A stretch of 64,000 nucleotides of DNA, taken from the NCBI GenBank assembly GCA_937894725.1, contig CALAYL010000054.1, positions 617 through 64,616 on the forward strand. Reading direction: 5' to 3'. The notes under the pieces were generated by a model. That model searched no databases. It was given only the letters and a program-made list of their open reading frames with translations, and had not been told where the DNA came from. Of the stretch, positions 8,907 through 17,456 are shown piece after piece. Source of the stretch: an uncultured Bacteroidota bacterium. GTDB lineage: Bacteria; Bacteroidota; Bacteroidia; Chitinophagales; LD1. Each line of letters begins with the position of its first letter. Positions within the stretch are counted from its first letter, which is position 1. The position numbers and the translations under genes are program-made.

Positions 8907-9728
8907 ATGGATATGTCACTTCTCGAAAAATATGGTCAAATTGCACTAGAGTATGCTATAAAGTATGGCACTAAAGTACTTTTAACCCTACTTCTTTTAA
9001 TCATTGGTTTACGACTAATAAAAATAACAACGAAGTTTTTAGATAAGAGTTTTAAGCGAAGCAATATTGATGAAACCATACGCCCGTTTTTAGTCAATCT
9101 ATTGAGTTGGGGGCTAAAAATATTGCTTTTTATAAGTGTAGCATCTATGCTTGGTATTGAGACTACCTCATTTGTAGCAATCATTGGAGCTGCTGGTTTG
9201 GCGGTAGGTTTGGCTTTGCAAGGTACATTAGCCAACTTTGCTGGCGGAGTACTCATTTTAATTTTTAAGCCTTTCAAAGTAGGTGACACGATAGAAGCGC
9301 AAGGCCATTTAGGTACAGTACAAGAAATTCAAATTTTCATCACAAAAATACTCACCCCAGACAATAGGGTAGTAGTGATACCAAATGGAATTTTGTCAAA
9401 TGGTACGCTAAAAAACTATACAGAAAAAGATTTTGTAAGAGTAGATGTAGCCGTAGGAGTAAGCTACTCTGCTGATTTAAAAAAGGCAAAAGATGCCCTA
9501 CTGGCCATGCTCAAAGCAGATGAACGCTCTACCAAAGAGCCTGCCCCATCTGTGCATGTTGTGGCTTTGGGCGATAGTTCAGTCAATTTAATTGTAAGAG
9601 GGTATTGTCATCCTTCATTATACTGGGATTATTTTTTCGATATGACAGAAAAAACGAAACTTACGCTGGATGAAGTAAAGGTCGAAATTCCATTTCCTCA
9701 GCGAGTTATACATACGACATCAAAATAG
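8907..9728 (+). CDS. mscS: Small-conductance mechanosensitive channel (MscS family)
   Basis: 273 aa with three N-terminal TM segments. This is followed by FKPFKVGDTIEAQGHLGTVQEIQIFITKILTPDNRVVVIPNG, the MscS beta-domain signature. Confidence 0.85.
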   Translation: MDMSLLEKYGQIALEYAIKYGTKVLLTLLLLIIGLRLIKITTKFLDKSFKRSNIDETIRPFLVNLLSWGLKILLFISVASMLGIETTSFVAIIGAAGLAVGLALQGTLANFAGGVLILIFKPFKVGDTIEAQGHLGTVQEIQIFITKILTPDNRVVVIPNGILSNGTLKNYTEKDFVRVDVAVGVSYSADLKKAKDALLAMLKADERSTKEPAPSVHVVALGDSSVNLIVRGYCHPSLYWDYFFDMTEKTKLTLDEVKVEIPFPQRVIHTTSK

Positions 9729-9793
9729 CATATGCTTTTTTTTAACTAATGTTTTTTGTCAAATATTTTAAATTAGTTCTAAATACAAACACT

Positions 9794-11104
9794 ATGAAAA
9801 AACAATTATTTACGCTCTCGATTTTCGGTCTGCTTATCGGCACTGTCCAAGCGACCAATCCAGCTTTTTTGAAAGTAAAAAAGGCTGTGACCAAGACAGT
9901 CTTGAATCCTCAAGCCAGTCACTCAAGTTCATCTCGGGCTGCGGCATCAAGGCTGTTGGCCGAATCTAACTACTCAGGAGGGGATTTTAACGATAGCACA
10001 AAGTATTTTTACAACAACAATTTTGCTTCTTTTCAGGAGAATGACGCATTGGTAGAAAATCTTTTAGGCAGTATATGGAAGTTTGATAGTAGTATATATG
10101 TGTATGACACAGTACTTGCGAGAACTGTAAAAAGGACTTACACAGGATCCCAACTTACCACAGAGATATCTACCGATCTAGCTTCAAATCAACGAGAGCG
10201 ATACACCATGAGCTATAATGCCCAAGATAAAGTGAGTCAAGTATTGTTAGAAGATGCTACGGGAGTTAATTTTACTACATCAGCAAGATACAAAATTACT
10301 TATAACCCTGCCGGATTGATAGACTCTTTGATAGGTTCGTTTCCTATCGCTGGAGTTTTTATAGATCAATACATTGTGAAATATACGTACAATACTGCTC
10401 AAAAGGTAACTAAAGTCATCTCCTATGCTTTTAACGCTCCAAACTGGGAAGTAGAAGATGACACTCGCTACACTTATGATGCATCCAATAGAGTCGTCTT
10501 GACTAAATCATGGTACGACCAAGGAAGTGGGCTTGAATTGAATGATAGTACTATTACAGCATATGTAGGAGCTACAATTCAACATGACACGATGTATAGT
10601 TTTTTTAATGGCTCACTCGATGGTGGTCAGGCTCAAAAAACAATAAAGACGGCATTTGATAAACCACAGATGGAGATTACGAATGGAAATTTTGATGTCA
10701 TGTCTTCAATGTGGTCTGCTTCTGCCGATACTACTTTTATCCTTTATAATAGCTTTCAGCAAATCACAAAATCGACAAGCGGTATTAGCCCCTTTACCGA
10801 TGTAAATAATTATTTTTATGAAACCTATACAGTGGCTGGTATTGCGGATGTAACATCTAGCGAGATTAAGTCATTATATCCTAATCCAGCTAGCAATACA
10901 CTGAAGTTAGAGCTCGCAAATCCAACAATTGGAAATATAACCATTAATGTGTATGACCTGAGTGGAAGACTGGTACAAGCCACGGAGAGTAATACAAAAG
11001 ATAGTTTAAACATTGACGTAAGTGCACTCGCAATTGGGAATTATGTTTTGAAAATAGTAGGAGAGAAAAATAGCTTTGTGGGGCAGTTTGCCAAGACAAA
11101 CTAG
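9794..11104 (+). CDS. Secreted T9SS cargo protein with YD/RHS-like repeat motifs and a type-A C-terminal sorting domain
   Basis: The start is taken at the internal ATG 9794 (MKKQLFTLSIFGLLIGTVQA signal peptide); the ORF track begins at 9749. YD-like motifs occur in the middle (YTMSYNAQDKV, YKITYNPAGLI, KYTYNTAQKV, RYTYDASNRV). The C-terminus is LYPNPASNTLKLEL...INVYDLSGRLV...GNYVLKIV. Confidence 0.75.
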   Translation: MKKQLFTLSIFGLLIGTVQATNPAFLKVKKAVTKTVLNPQASHSSSSRAAASRLLAESNYSGGDFNDSTKYFYNNNFASFQENDALVENLLGSIWKFDSSIYVYDTVLARTVKRTYTGSQLTTEISTDLASNQRERYTMSYNAQDKVSQVLLEDATGVNFTTSARYKITYNPAGLIDSLIGSFPIAGVFIDQYIVKYTYNTAQKVTKVISYAFNAPNWEVEDDTRYTYDASNRVVLTKSWYDQGSGLELNDSTITAYVGATIQHDTMYSFFNGSLDGGQAQKTIKTAFDKPQMEITNGNFDVMSSMWSASADTTFILYNSFQQITKSTSGISPFTDVNNYFYETYTVAGIADVTSSEIKSLYPNPASNTLKLELANPTIGNITINVYDLSGRLVQATESNTKDSLNIDVSALAIGNYVLKIVGEKNSFVGQFAKTN

Positions 11105-11122
11105 TCAAACACTCAATATTTA

Positions 11123-11160
11123 AAAGCCCTCAGAAAGTGTTTTTCTGAGGGCTTTAATTT
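11123..11160. terminator. Bidirectional rho-independent terminator between convergent genes
   Basis: AAAGCCCTCAGAAA (11123-11136) pairs with TTTCTGAGGGCTTT (11142-11155). It is flanked by A and T runs on both sides. Confidence 0.75.
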
Positions 11161-11172
11161 TTGGAAAATAAT

Positions 11173-11922
11173 TTACACTCCATCACTCAATTTTTCGACA
11201 GTTCGAGCGTCTTTCCAACTATTGAGGAGCAGAGAGGATGCCCATTTCAAAATCACTAAAGATGCCAATATGCCGCTTACGGCATCTAACCAATAGATAG
11301 CATAATACCGTGCAGCTAGTAATGCGATAAGAGCAATGAAACTCAACAGAACATCCGCCAATACGTGAATATAAGCTGCGTATATATTGTAATCTTGTGC
11401 GTCTGACTCATGCCCTTGGTGAAGTAAGTAAGCGCAAATGCCATTTACCGTTAGTCCAACGAAGATGGTTATAAAAGCGGCATCCGTAACGGCAAACTCT
11501 GGTCGGTTTAGCTTTTCAATAGACTCAATGAGCATGAAAAGCGTAAAGATAAGTAAGGTTAACGCGCTTACAAAGCCTGAAATAGACAAGATTTTGTGCT
11601 CAGAGGTATGTTTAAACACATTTAAATCTATCAGCTTGTATGTACCCCATGCCAATAAAAGTATCAGTACATGCGTGAGCATGTGCCATCCATCCATAAT
11701 CAAGGCGCTAGAGTCTATCATGTAGCCATAATAAAGTTCTAAAGCCATAGCCCCTAACGATAGGAACACAGCCACCATCGTCCTAGTCTCATTTGACCTA
11801 AGATGATGATGTTGTTTTATATCAGTACAATGTTGGTGATGATGGTGCCCCATAGCCCGCAAACCTATTCGATTTTTGCTAATTTCGGTAAGAATGGATT
11901 GTTTTTTGTAAAATTGAAGCAA
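11173..11922 (-). CDS. Cation diffusion facilitator (CDF) family metal transporter, short form without the usual cytoplasmic C-terminal domain
   Basis: Six TM segments. HxxxD-type metal sites lie in TM2 (DGWHMLTHV) and TM5 (IHVLADVLLS). The N-terminus is His-rich (MGHHHHQHCTDIKQHHH); the likely real start is that internal Met at 11853. Only about 20 aa follow TM6. Confidence 0.8.
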   Translation of the reverse strand: MLQFYKKQSILTEISKNRIGLRAMGHHHHQHCTDIKQHHHLRSNETRTMVAVFLSLGAMALELYYGYMIDSSALIMDGWHMLTHVLILLLAWGTYKLIDLNVFKHTSEHKILSISGFVSALTLLIFTLFMLIESIEKLNRPEFAVTDAAFITIFVGLTVNGICAYLLHQGHESDAQDYNIYAAYIHVLADVLLSFIALIALLAARYYAIYWLDAVSGILASLVILKWASSLLLNSWKDARTVEKLSDGV

Positions 11923-11933
11923 TAAGCCTCAAA

Positions 11934-12698
11934 ATGAAAAAAATATTAGCTATCCCTTATAGTCTTTATGTAGCCCTCACATTTTTTATTGTGATGATTC
12001 TACTTTTGATGATATATACCCCGCTATTACTCGTAAAAGACGATAAAAAGCGAATGTCAATTATTTACTTTGTCAATAAAGTATTTATCTGGAAAATTTG
12101 GACAAACATTGCTTTCGTGCCGGTAACCGTGCAGGGTAGAGAGAAAATCAAAGCAGAAGAGGTGTATGTTTTTGCCCCCAATCATAGCAATATGCTCGAC
12201 ATACCTTATACCTCGTCTTGTATAGAACATTACTACAAGCCATTGGTAAAAAAGGAGCTTCTTAGCACACCTGCACTCGGGCAATTGTTGCGTATGGTGT
12301 CGATGGCAGTAGATCGAAATTCGCCTGAGAGCAGAAAAGCAACTGCCGAAAAAATGACACAATGGTTAAAAAATGGAATTGGTCTATTGATTTTTCCAGA
12401 AGGCACGCGCAATCGAACCGATATGCCCGTAAAAGAAATGTATGATGGCGCTTTCAAGTCTGCCATCGAAGCACAGGTAAACATAGCACCTATTGCGCTT
12501 ATTAACCTACGTTCATTACAGCCCGTAGATTCTCCTTGGTTTTATCCAGGTAGAGTGACCATGCGGTTTTTAGACCCTATTTCTACCCAGGGTATGACCC
12601 TTGATGATTTACCTATGCTAAAAGAAAAAACACGCAAAGCTATAGGGGACGTATTGCTCGCTGAAGATAAGTTTTTTAAAGGGAAAAAAGTTAGTTGA
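11934..12698 (+). CDS. plsC: 1-acyl-sn-glycerol-3-phosphate acyltransferase
   Basis: N-terminal TM helix, HxxxxD motif (NHSNMLD) and FPEGTRN motif. Confidence 0.85.
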   Translation: MKKILAIPYSLYVALTFFIVMILLLMIYTPLLLVKDDKKRMSIIYFVNKVFIWKIWTNIAFVPVTVQGREKIKAEEVYVFAPNHSNMLDIPYTSSCIEHYYKPLVKKELLSTPALGQLLRMVSMAVDRNSPESRKATAEKMTQWLKNGIGLLIFPEGTRNRTDMPVKEMYDGAFKSAIEAQVNIAPIALINLRSLQPVDSPWFYPGRVTMRFLDPISTQGMTLDDLPMLKEKTRKAIGDVLLAEDKFFKGKKVS

Positions 12699-12763
12699 TT
12701 TAACTAATGTAAACATCAAAACTCGCTAAATTTAATCAAAAGAAAGCCCTATTTTAGCCACCC

Positions 12764-13396
12764 ATGCTCAAATACTCTTCCAAACTCATAGCAGACGCAG
12801 TAGCCGAATTTTCAAAACTTCCTGGCATAGGTGAGAAAACAGCGTTGCGATTAGTTGTTTTTTTGCTCAAACAAGAAAAAGAAAAAGTACAGCATTTTGG
12901 CTCTGCAATCACTACAATGCGCGAACAAATAAAATTTTGCAAACAATGTCATAATGTTGCAGACACGGAAGTTTGTAGCATTTGCTCAAATAAACTACGC
13001 GAGGATTCACTCCTATGTATAGTCGAAAATTTTAGAGATGTTATCGCTATTGAAAATACCGAAATATATCGTGGGTTGTATCATGTACTAGGCGGCATCA
13101 TTTCGCCTATCGATGGTGTAGGTCCCGACCAACTGAATATTGATTCGCTTATCACTAGAGTACAAGCAGGCGGTATCAAAGAAGTCGTGATGGCTATTTC
13201 ACCAACCATCGAAGGGGATACTACTATTTTTTACCTCTCAAAAAAGCTACAGCATTTTGGTGTTAAAATCACTACTATAGCGAGAGGGGTTTCGTTTGGT
13301 GGAGAGTTGGAATATACAGACGAGCTTACGCTCGCTCGCTCTATCGCTACCCGTACCTTGTATGAAAATGATTTAATGAAACCATCGGCTAGCTAA
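12764..13396 (+). CDS. recR: Recombination protein RecR
   Basis: 210 aa. HhH motif LPGIGEKTALRL, C4 zinc finger CKQCHNVADTEVCSIC, and a Toprim region (LCIVENFRDVIAIE). Confidence 0.95.
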   Translation: MLKYSSKLIADAVAEFSKLPGIGEKTALRLVVFLLKQEKEKVQHFGSAITTMREQIKFCKQCHNVADTEVCSICSNKLREDSLLCIVENFRDVIAIENTEIYRGLYHVLGGIISPIDGVGPDQLNIDSLITRVQAGGIKEVVMAISPTIEGDTTIFYLSKKLQHFGVKITTIARGVSFGGELEYTDELTLARSIATRTLYENDLMKPSAS

Positions 13397-13405
13397 AATC
13401 GAGTT

Positions 13406-15271
13406 GTGAAAGTATCGATCATCATTGTAAGCTATAATGTCAAGCACTATCTGATGCAGTGTTTGCACTCTGTAGTGGCGGCTACCAAAGAGATAGAGGC
13501 AGAGATATGGGTAGTTGATAATGTATCAAAAGACAATTCTGTAGCTGCGGTGGGTGCACATTTTCCTGAAGTAAAATTGATAGTAAACAAAGAAAATGTT
13601 GGTTTTTCTAAAGCCAATAACCAAGCTATAGCAAGGGCTTCAGGCGAATACATATTGATTCTCAATCCAGATACTGTGCTGGCAGAAGACACGGTAGTGA
13701 AGTGCATCGCCTTTATGCTCTCTCACAAACAAGCTGGAGCGTTGGGGGTGCGAATGATAGATGGCACTGGCCAATTTTTGCCCGAATCAAAACGAGGTCT
13801 GCCTACTCCCGAAGTGGCGTTTTACAAAATGTTTGGCTTGAGTCGCCTATTTCCAACCTCCACAAGATTCGGAAAATATCATCTCGGATTTTTATCAGAA
13901 AATGAAGACCATGAGGTGGATATTTTATCGGGCGCTTTTATGTTTTTTAGAAAAGAAGTGCTTGATAAAATAGGTGGATTTGACGAAGCATTTTTTATGT
14001 ATGGGGAAGATATAGACTTGAGTTGGCGCGTGATTCAGGGCGGTTACAAAAACTACTATTTAGCCGACAATACTATTATACATTACAAAGGTGAATCGAC
14101 CAAACGTGGCTCGCTCAATTATGTGAAAGTGTTTTATGAAGCTATGATAATTTTTGCGCGAAAGCATTTTGCAAAAAATAGTGCATCGCTCTATGCCATG
14201 TTTATCAATATGGCGGTGGTGTTTCGGGGTTTTCTCACACTCATAGCCAATGTGCTCAGCTCGTCAGCATTGGTGTTGGTCGATTTTGGGTTGACCTATT
14301 TTGCATCATGGAGTATCACTCATTACTGGGCCGAAAATATAAAACAGGTAGTTGATTATTACCCCGACACTTTTATCGTTTGGCTGCTGCCTACCTACTG
14401 TTTTTTGTGGATGGCGGGTGTGTATTGGAGTGGTGGCTACGAGAAACCATATAAACTTAAGCATGTGGTAAAAGGCATATTCTATAGCACCTTATTTATT
14501 ACCTTACTATACGCATTTTTGCCTGACAATCTTCGCTATTCACGTGCTATTGTGCTATTGGGTGCAGTAGCGGCTATGGGTGCATTTTCGGTGAGTAGAT
14601 TATTGTATAATTTGATACGTCATCGGCAGTTTTCTTTTTCAGAAAAATTATCGCGTCACTGGTTGTTGGTTGGCAATGAAAGTGAGTGTAAGCGTGCAGA
14701 GGATTTAATCCGGAAATCGGAGCAAATAGACTTTTTAGCTACCCAAAAAAATACAGATAGACTCGTGGATAAATGCGATTGGTTAGATATAGACGAGGTG
14801 GTTTTTTGTGCTAAAGCTGTTTCGTACAAGTCAATAATAGCGGCTATTAGCGAACGAAAATCAGCAGTTCGATTCAAGATTTTACAAGCAGACGAGCCTA
14901 CTTTTATAGGTAGCAATTCGAGCGAAAGTGCAGGCGATTTGCTAGTCGAGGGTATGCACTATAATCTATCTAAGCCACTTGCTCAACGCAAAAAAAGATG
15001 GATGGATGTGGTGTTGTGTTTTTTGCTGCCATTGAGTTTTAACAAAAAAGTATGGAACAATAATATGGCGGTTTTGAAAGGCGAAAAAACATGGGTTGGC
15101 TACTTTGGTGCTGATCTAGCTGCGTTTCCATATCCTAAAATAGCCGTTTTTGTCATAAAAAAACCGCACCCTGCTTTGCCCGAATGGATAGTTCAAATCA
15201 ATCGACTCTATGCCCAAAATCAAAGCATATTGGGCGACTTGAGAGTGTTGATAAGGGAATTGAGGAGATAA
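13406..15271 (+). CDS. Family-2 glycosyltransferase fused to a polytopic membrane region and a C-terminal sugar-transferase-like remnant
   Basis: GTG start. The N-terminal ~250 aa are GT2-like (IIIVSYNVKHYL, VVDNVSKDNS, ILILNPDT, GAFMFFRKEV, EDIDLSWR). About 4-5 TM helices span aa 260-400. The C-terminus contains KRWMDVVLCFLLPLSF and VLKGEKTWVGY, reminiscent of the ends of the bacterial sugar transferase domain. Confidence 0.8.
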   Translation: MKVSIIIVSYNVKHYLMQCLHSVVAATKEIEAEIWVVDNVSKDNSVAAVGAHFPEVKLIVNKENVGFSKANNQAIARASGEYILILNPDTVLAEDTVVKCIAFMLSHKQAGALGVRMIDGTGQFLPESKRGLPTPEVAFYKMFGLSRLFPTSTRFGKYHLGFLSENEDHEVDILSGAFMFFRKEVLDKIGGFDEAFFMYGEDIDLSWRVIQGGYKNYYLADNTIIHYKGESTKRGSLNYVKVFYEAMIIFARKHFAKNSASLYAMFINMAVVFRGFLTLIANVLSSSALVLVDFGLTYFASWSITHYWAENIKQVVDYYPDTFIVWLLPTYCFLWMAGVYWSGGYEKPYKLKHVVKGIFYSTLFITLLYAFLPDNLRYSRAIVLLGAVAAMGAFSVSRLLYNLIRHRQFSFSEKLSRHWLLVGNESECKRAEDLIRKSEQIDFLATQKNTDRLVDKCDWLDIDEVVFCAKAVSYKSIIAAISERKSAVRFKILQADEPTFIGSNSSESAGDLLVEGMHYNLSKPLAQRKKRWMDVVLCFLLPLSFNKKVWNNNMAVLKGEKTWVGYFGADLAAFPYPKIAVFVIKKPHPALPEWIVQINRLYAQNQSILGDLRVLIRELRR

Positions 15272-15311
15272 AAAAAGTGCCTTCCATTTGATTGAAAAGC
15301 ACTTTAGAGTG

Positions 15312-15385
15312 TGACCACGGAAGGACTCGAACCTCCAACCCTCAGAGTCGAAATCTGATATTCTATCCAATTGAACTACGTAGCC
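15312..15385 (-). tRNA. tRNA-Arg (anticodon UCG)
   Basis: Folded by hand on the minus strand:
- Acceptor GGCTACG/CGTGGTC, with 2 G-U pairs.
- D arm GTTC/GAAT with an AATTGGATA loop.
- Anticodon stem TCAGA/TCTGA with loop TT-TCG-AC.
- T arm GGAGG-TTCGAGT-CCTTC.
The discriminator is A and CCA is not encoded. Total length is 74 nt. Confidence 0.85.
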
Positions 15386-15416
15386 AAGCTCGGCAAAAAT
15401 AGCAAATTTTATTTTT

Positions 15417-16421
15417 CTATTTCGTAAATTTCCAGCTCGATTTGCTTGCCGTCCATACATAATCGAGTAGCAAGAAAAAAAGCGCTAAAGCTAGGAAATA
15501 CTGAAACTGATCGTCATAATCTGTATAGACCATTTCTTCAAAATCTTTTTTAGATAATCCACTCAAATCATTGATTACTCGCTCTACAGCATCGGCACTA
15601 TTATCGAGCCAATAAAACTTGCCATTCCCTTTGAGAGCATACTCTCGAAGAGCGGCTATATTTACTTTTGTCATCACGACATTTCCATCTCCATCGCGTT
15701 TAAAATCGCCATTGGTGAGAGGGATTGGTCCTCCTTTTTCAGAGCCCACGGCTATGGTATAAATTTTAATACCTGCGCTTGACGCCTTCTCAATAGCATC
15801 GTTTACGCCTTCCTCATTGTCTTCACCATCTGATATAATGACTAACGCTTTTGATCCTTTTGATTCTTTCGAAAATGAGCTAGTGGCTAGTTCTACCGCT
15901 TGAGATATGGCTGTACCTTGTGTAGGTACCATATTGGGTGAAAGCGATTTTAGATACATTCTAGCTGCTGAATAGTCCACCGTTTGAGGCATCTGCATAT
16001 AGGCTCTGCCTGCAAATACAATCAAGCCTAATCGATCGTTTTTTAGTTCATCGATAAAACGAGAAATGAAATTTTTAGCTTTCAAAAGTCGATTAGGTAC
16101 CACATCTTCGGCTAGCATACTTTTAGACACATCTACCGCGATGATTAGGTCTATACCACTGCGTTTTACTTTTTCCTGACGAGTACCTATCTGTGGATTA
16201 GCAAGGCCTACAACTAATGATAAAAACGCTAACGATAGAAAAACAAACTTGACGATAGGGGCTGACGCAGCATAGCTCGGCATTAGCTTTTTTATCAGTC
16301 TGGCACTACCTAAGCGCTGTATTCGGCTAGCTCTCCACCATCTATAGTAGAGAAACAGCAGAAATGCCGCTACCCACAAAATGAGTAGCCATAGGTATTC
16401 TGGATGTTCAAACTTTATCAC
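15417..16421 (-). CDS. batB: VWA-domain membrane protein, BatB-like
   Basis: 334 aa. N-terminal FEHPEYLWLLILW TM hairpin, VWA MIDAS motif (AVDVSKSM), a C-terminal TM segment, and a position immediately after a paralogue. Confidence 0.8.
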   Translation of the reverse strand: MIKFEHPEYLWLLILWVAAFLLFLYYRWWRASRIQRLGSARLIKKLMPSYAASAPIVKFVFLSLAFLSLVVGLANPQIGTRQEKVKRSGIDLIIAVDVSKSMLAEDVVPNRLLKAKNFISRFIDELKNDRLGLIVFAGRAYMQMPQTVDYSAARMYLKSLSPNMVPTQGTAISQAVELATSSFSKESKGSKALVIISDGEDNEEGVNDAIEKASSAGIKIYTIAVGSEKGGPIPLTNGDFKRDGDGNVVMTKVNIAALREYALKGNGKFYWLDNSADAVERVINDLSGLSKKDFEEMVYTDYDDQFQYFLALALFFLLLDYVWTASKSSWKFTK

Positions 16422-16442
16422 TTCTATCTCTGCTTTTTTTCG

Positions 16443-17456
16443 TTAGGGCAAGGTTTTAAAAATCGTATATCTACTCCACCAATCTATCAGCAATAGCACC
16501 ATAGCCGCAAAGGCAAACCAAAAAAACATTTCTGTTTTACGACTAAAGGCCGATACTTTTATTTTGGTTTTTTCGAGCTTATCTATCTCTTCAAAAATCT
16601 GTGTTAGTTTTTTATTATTGGTAGCTCGAAAGTATTGTCCTCCTGTTTTTTTTGCTACTTCCTTGAGTATGTTTTCATCTATCTGTACCTCGGCATAGTC
16701 ATATACAAGATTGCCATTTTGATCCATCGCTACTGGTGTGTATGCTTGTCCTTGTGTGCCTACTCCTATGGTGTAAACGCGTACCCCAAACTGCGTGGCT
16801 ATATCGGCAGCAGTAGCGGGATCTACTAAGCCTTTGTTGTTTACCCCATCTGTCATCAAGATCACTACTTTGCTTTTTGACTCGCTCTCTTTTAGTCGCT
16901 GTACGGCATTTGCGAGCCCCATTCCTATGGCTGTGCCATCTTCTAGCTTACCATTGGTGATAGCGTTGAGTTGGTTTTTTACGATTACATGATCAATGGT
17001 TACGGGACATTGAGTAAAACTCTCTCCCGCAAATATCACCAAACCTATTCTATCATTAGCACGGCCGTTGATAAAATCGAGGGCTGTCTTTTTTGCGGCA
17101 TCTAATCTGTTTGGTTTAAAGTCTTGTGCTAGCATCGAAGACGATACGTCCATACTGATAACGATGTCAATCCCTTCGGTAGTTACTTTCGACTCGTTGT
17201 AGGATGTTTGAGGGCGCGCTAAGGCTATCAAAAGCAACGATACAGCAGCCCAACGCAATACTGGCAAAAAAGCTTTCACTTTTGCAATCATCGGCATACT
17301 GTGGCTTTCCAGCAATTTTACTTCCGAAAAAAGCAGGGTAGGATTTTTCTTTTTTCTAACAAAAATCCACCAAACTACCTGTGCAACTAGTATTGCAGGT
17401 ATCAACCATAGCACCCAAGGTGAGGCAAACGTAATATGTTTGAATACGGTCATCAT
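16443..17456 (-). CDS. batA: VWA-domain membrane protein, BatA-like
   Basis: 337 aa. N-terminal FASPWVLWLIPAIL, MIDAS motif SMDVSSSM, and a C-terminal TM segment. Confidence 0.8.
   Translation of the reverse strand: MMTVFKHITFASPWVLWLIPAILVAQVVWWIFVRKKKNPTLLFSEVKLLESHSMPMIAKVKAFLPVLRWAAVSLLLIALARPQTSYNESKVTTEGIDIVISMDVSSSMLAQDFKPNRLDAAKKTALDFINGRANDRIGLVIFAGESFTQCPVTIDHVIVKNQLNAITNGKLEDGTAIGMGLANAVQRLKESESKSKVVILMTDGVNNKGLVDPATAADIATQFGVRVYTIGVGTQGQAYTPVAMDQNGNLVYDYAEVQIDENILKEVAKKTGGQYFRATNNKKLTQIFEEIDKLEKTKIKVSAFSRKTEMFFWFAFAAMVLLLIDWWSRYTIFKTLP

Noticed and set aside
8680-8949. 89-aa ORF between rsmI and mscS
   Set aside because: It is an AT-rich intergenic stretch translating into Phe/Ile/His/Cys-rich low-complexity sequence, and it overlaps the mscS start. 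It is most likely the promoter region.
15116-15460. 114-aa minus-strand ORF
   Set aside because: It overlaps the 3' end of the glycosyltransferase gene, the whole tRNA-Arg and the 3' end of batB, so it is an artefact.
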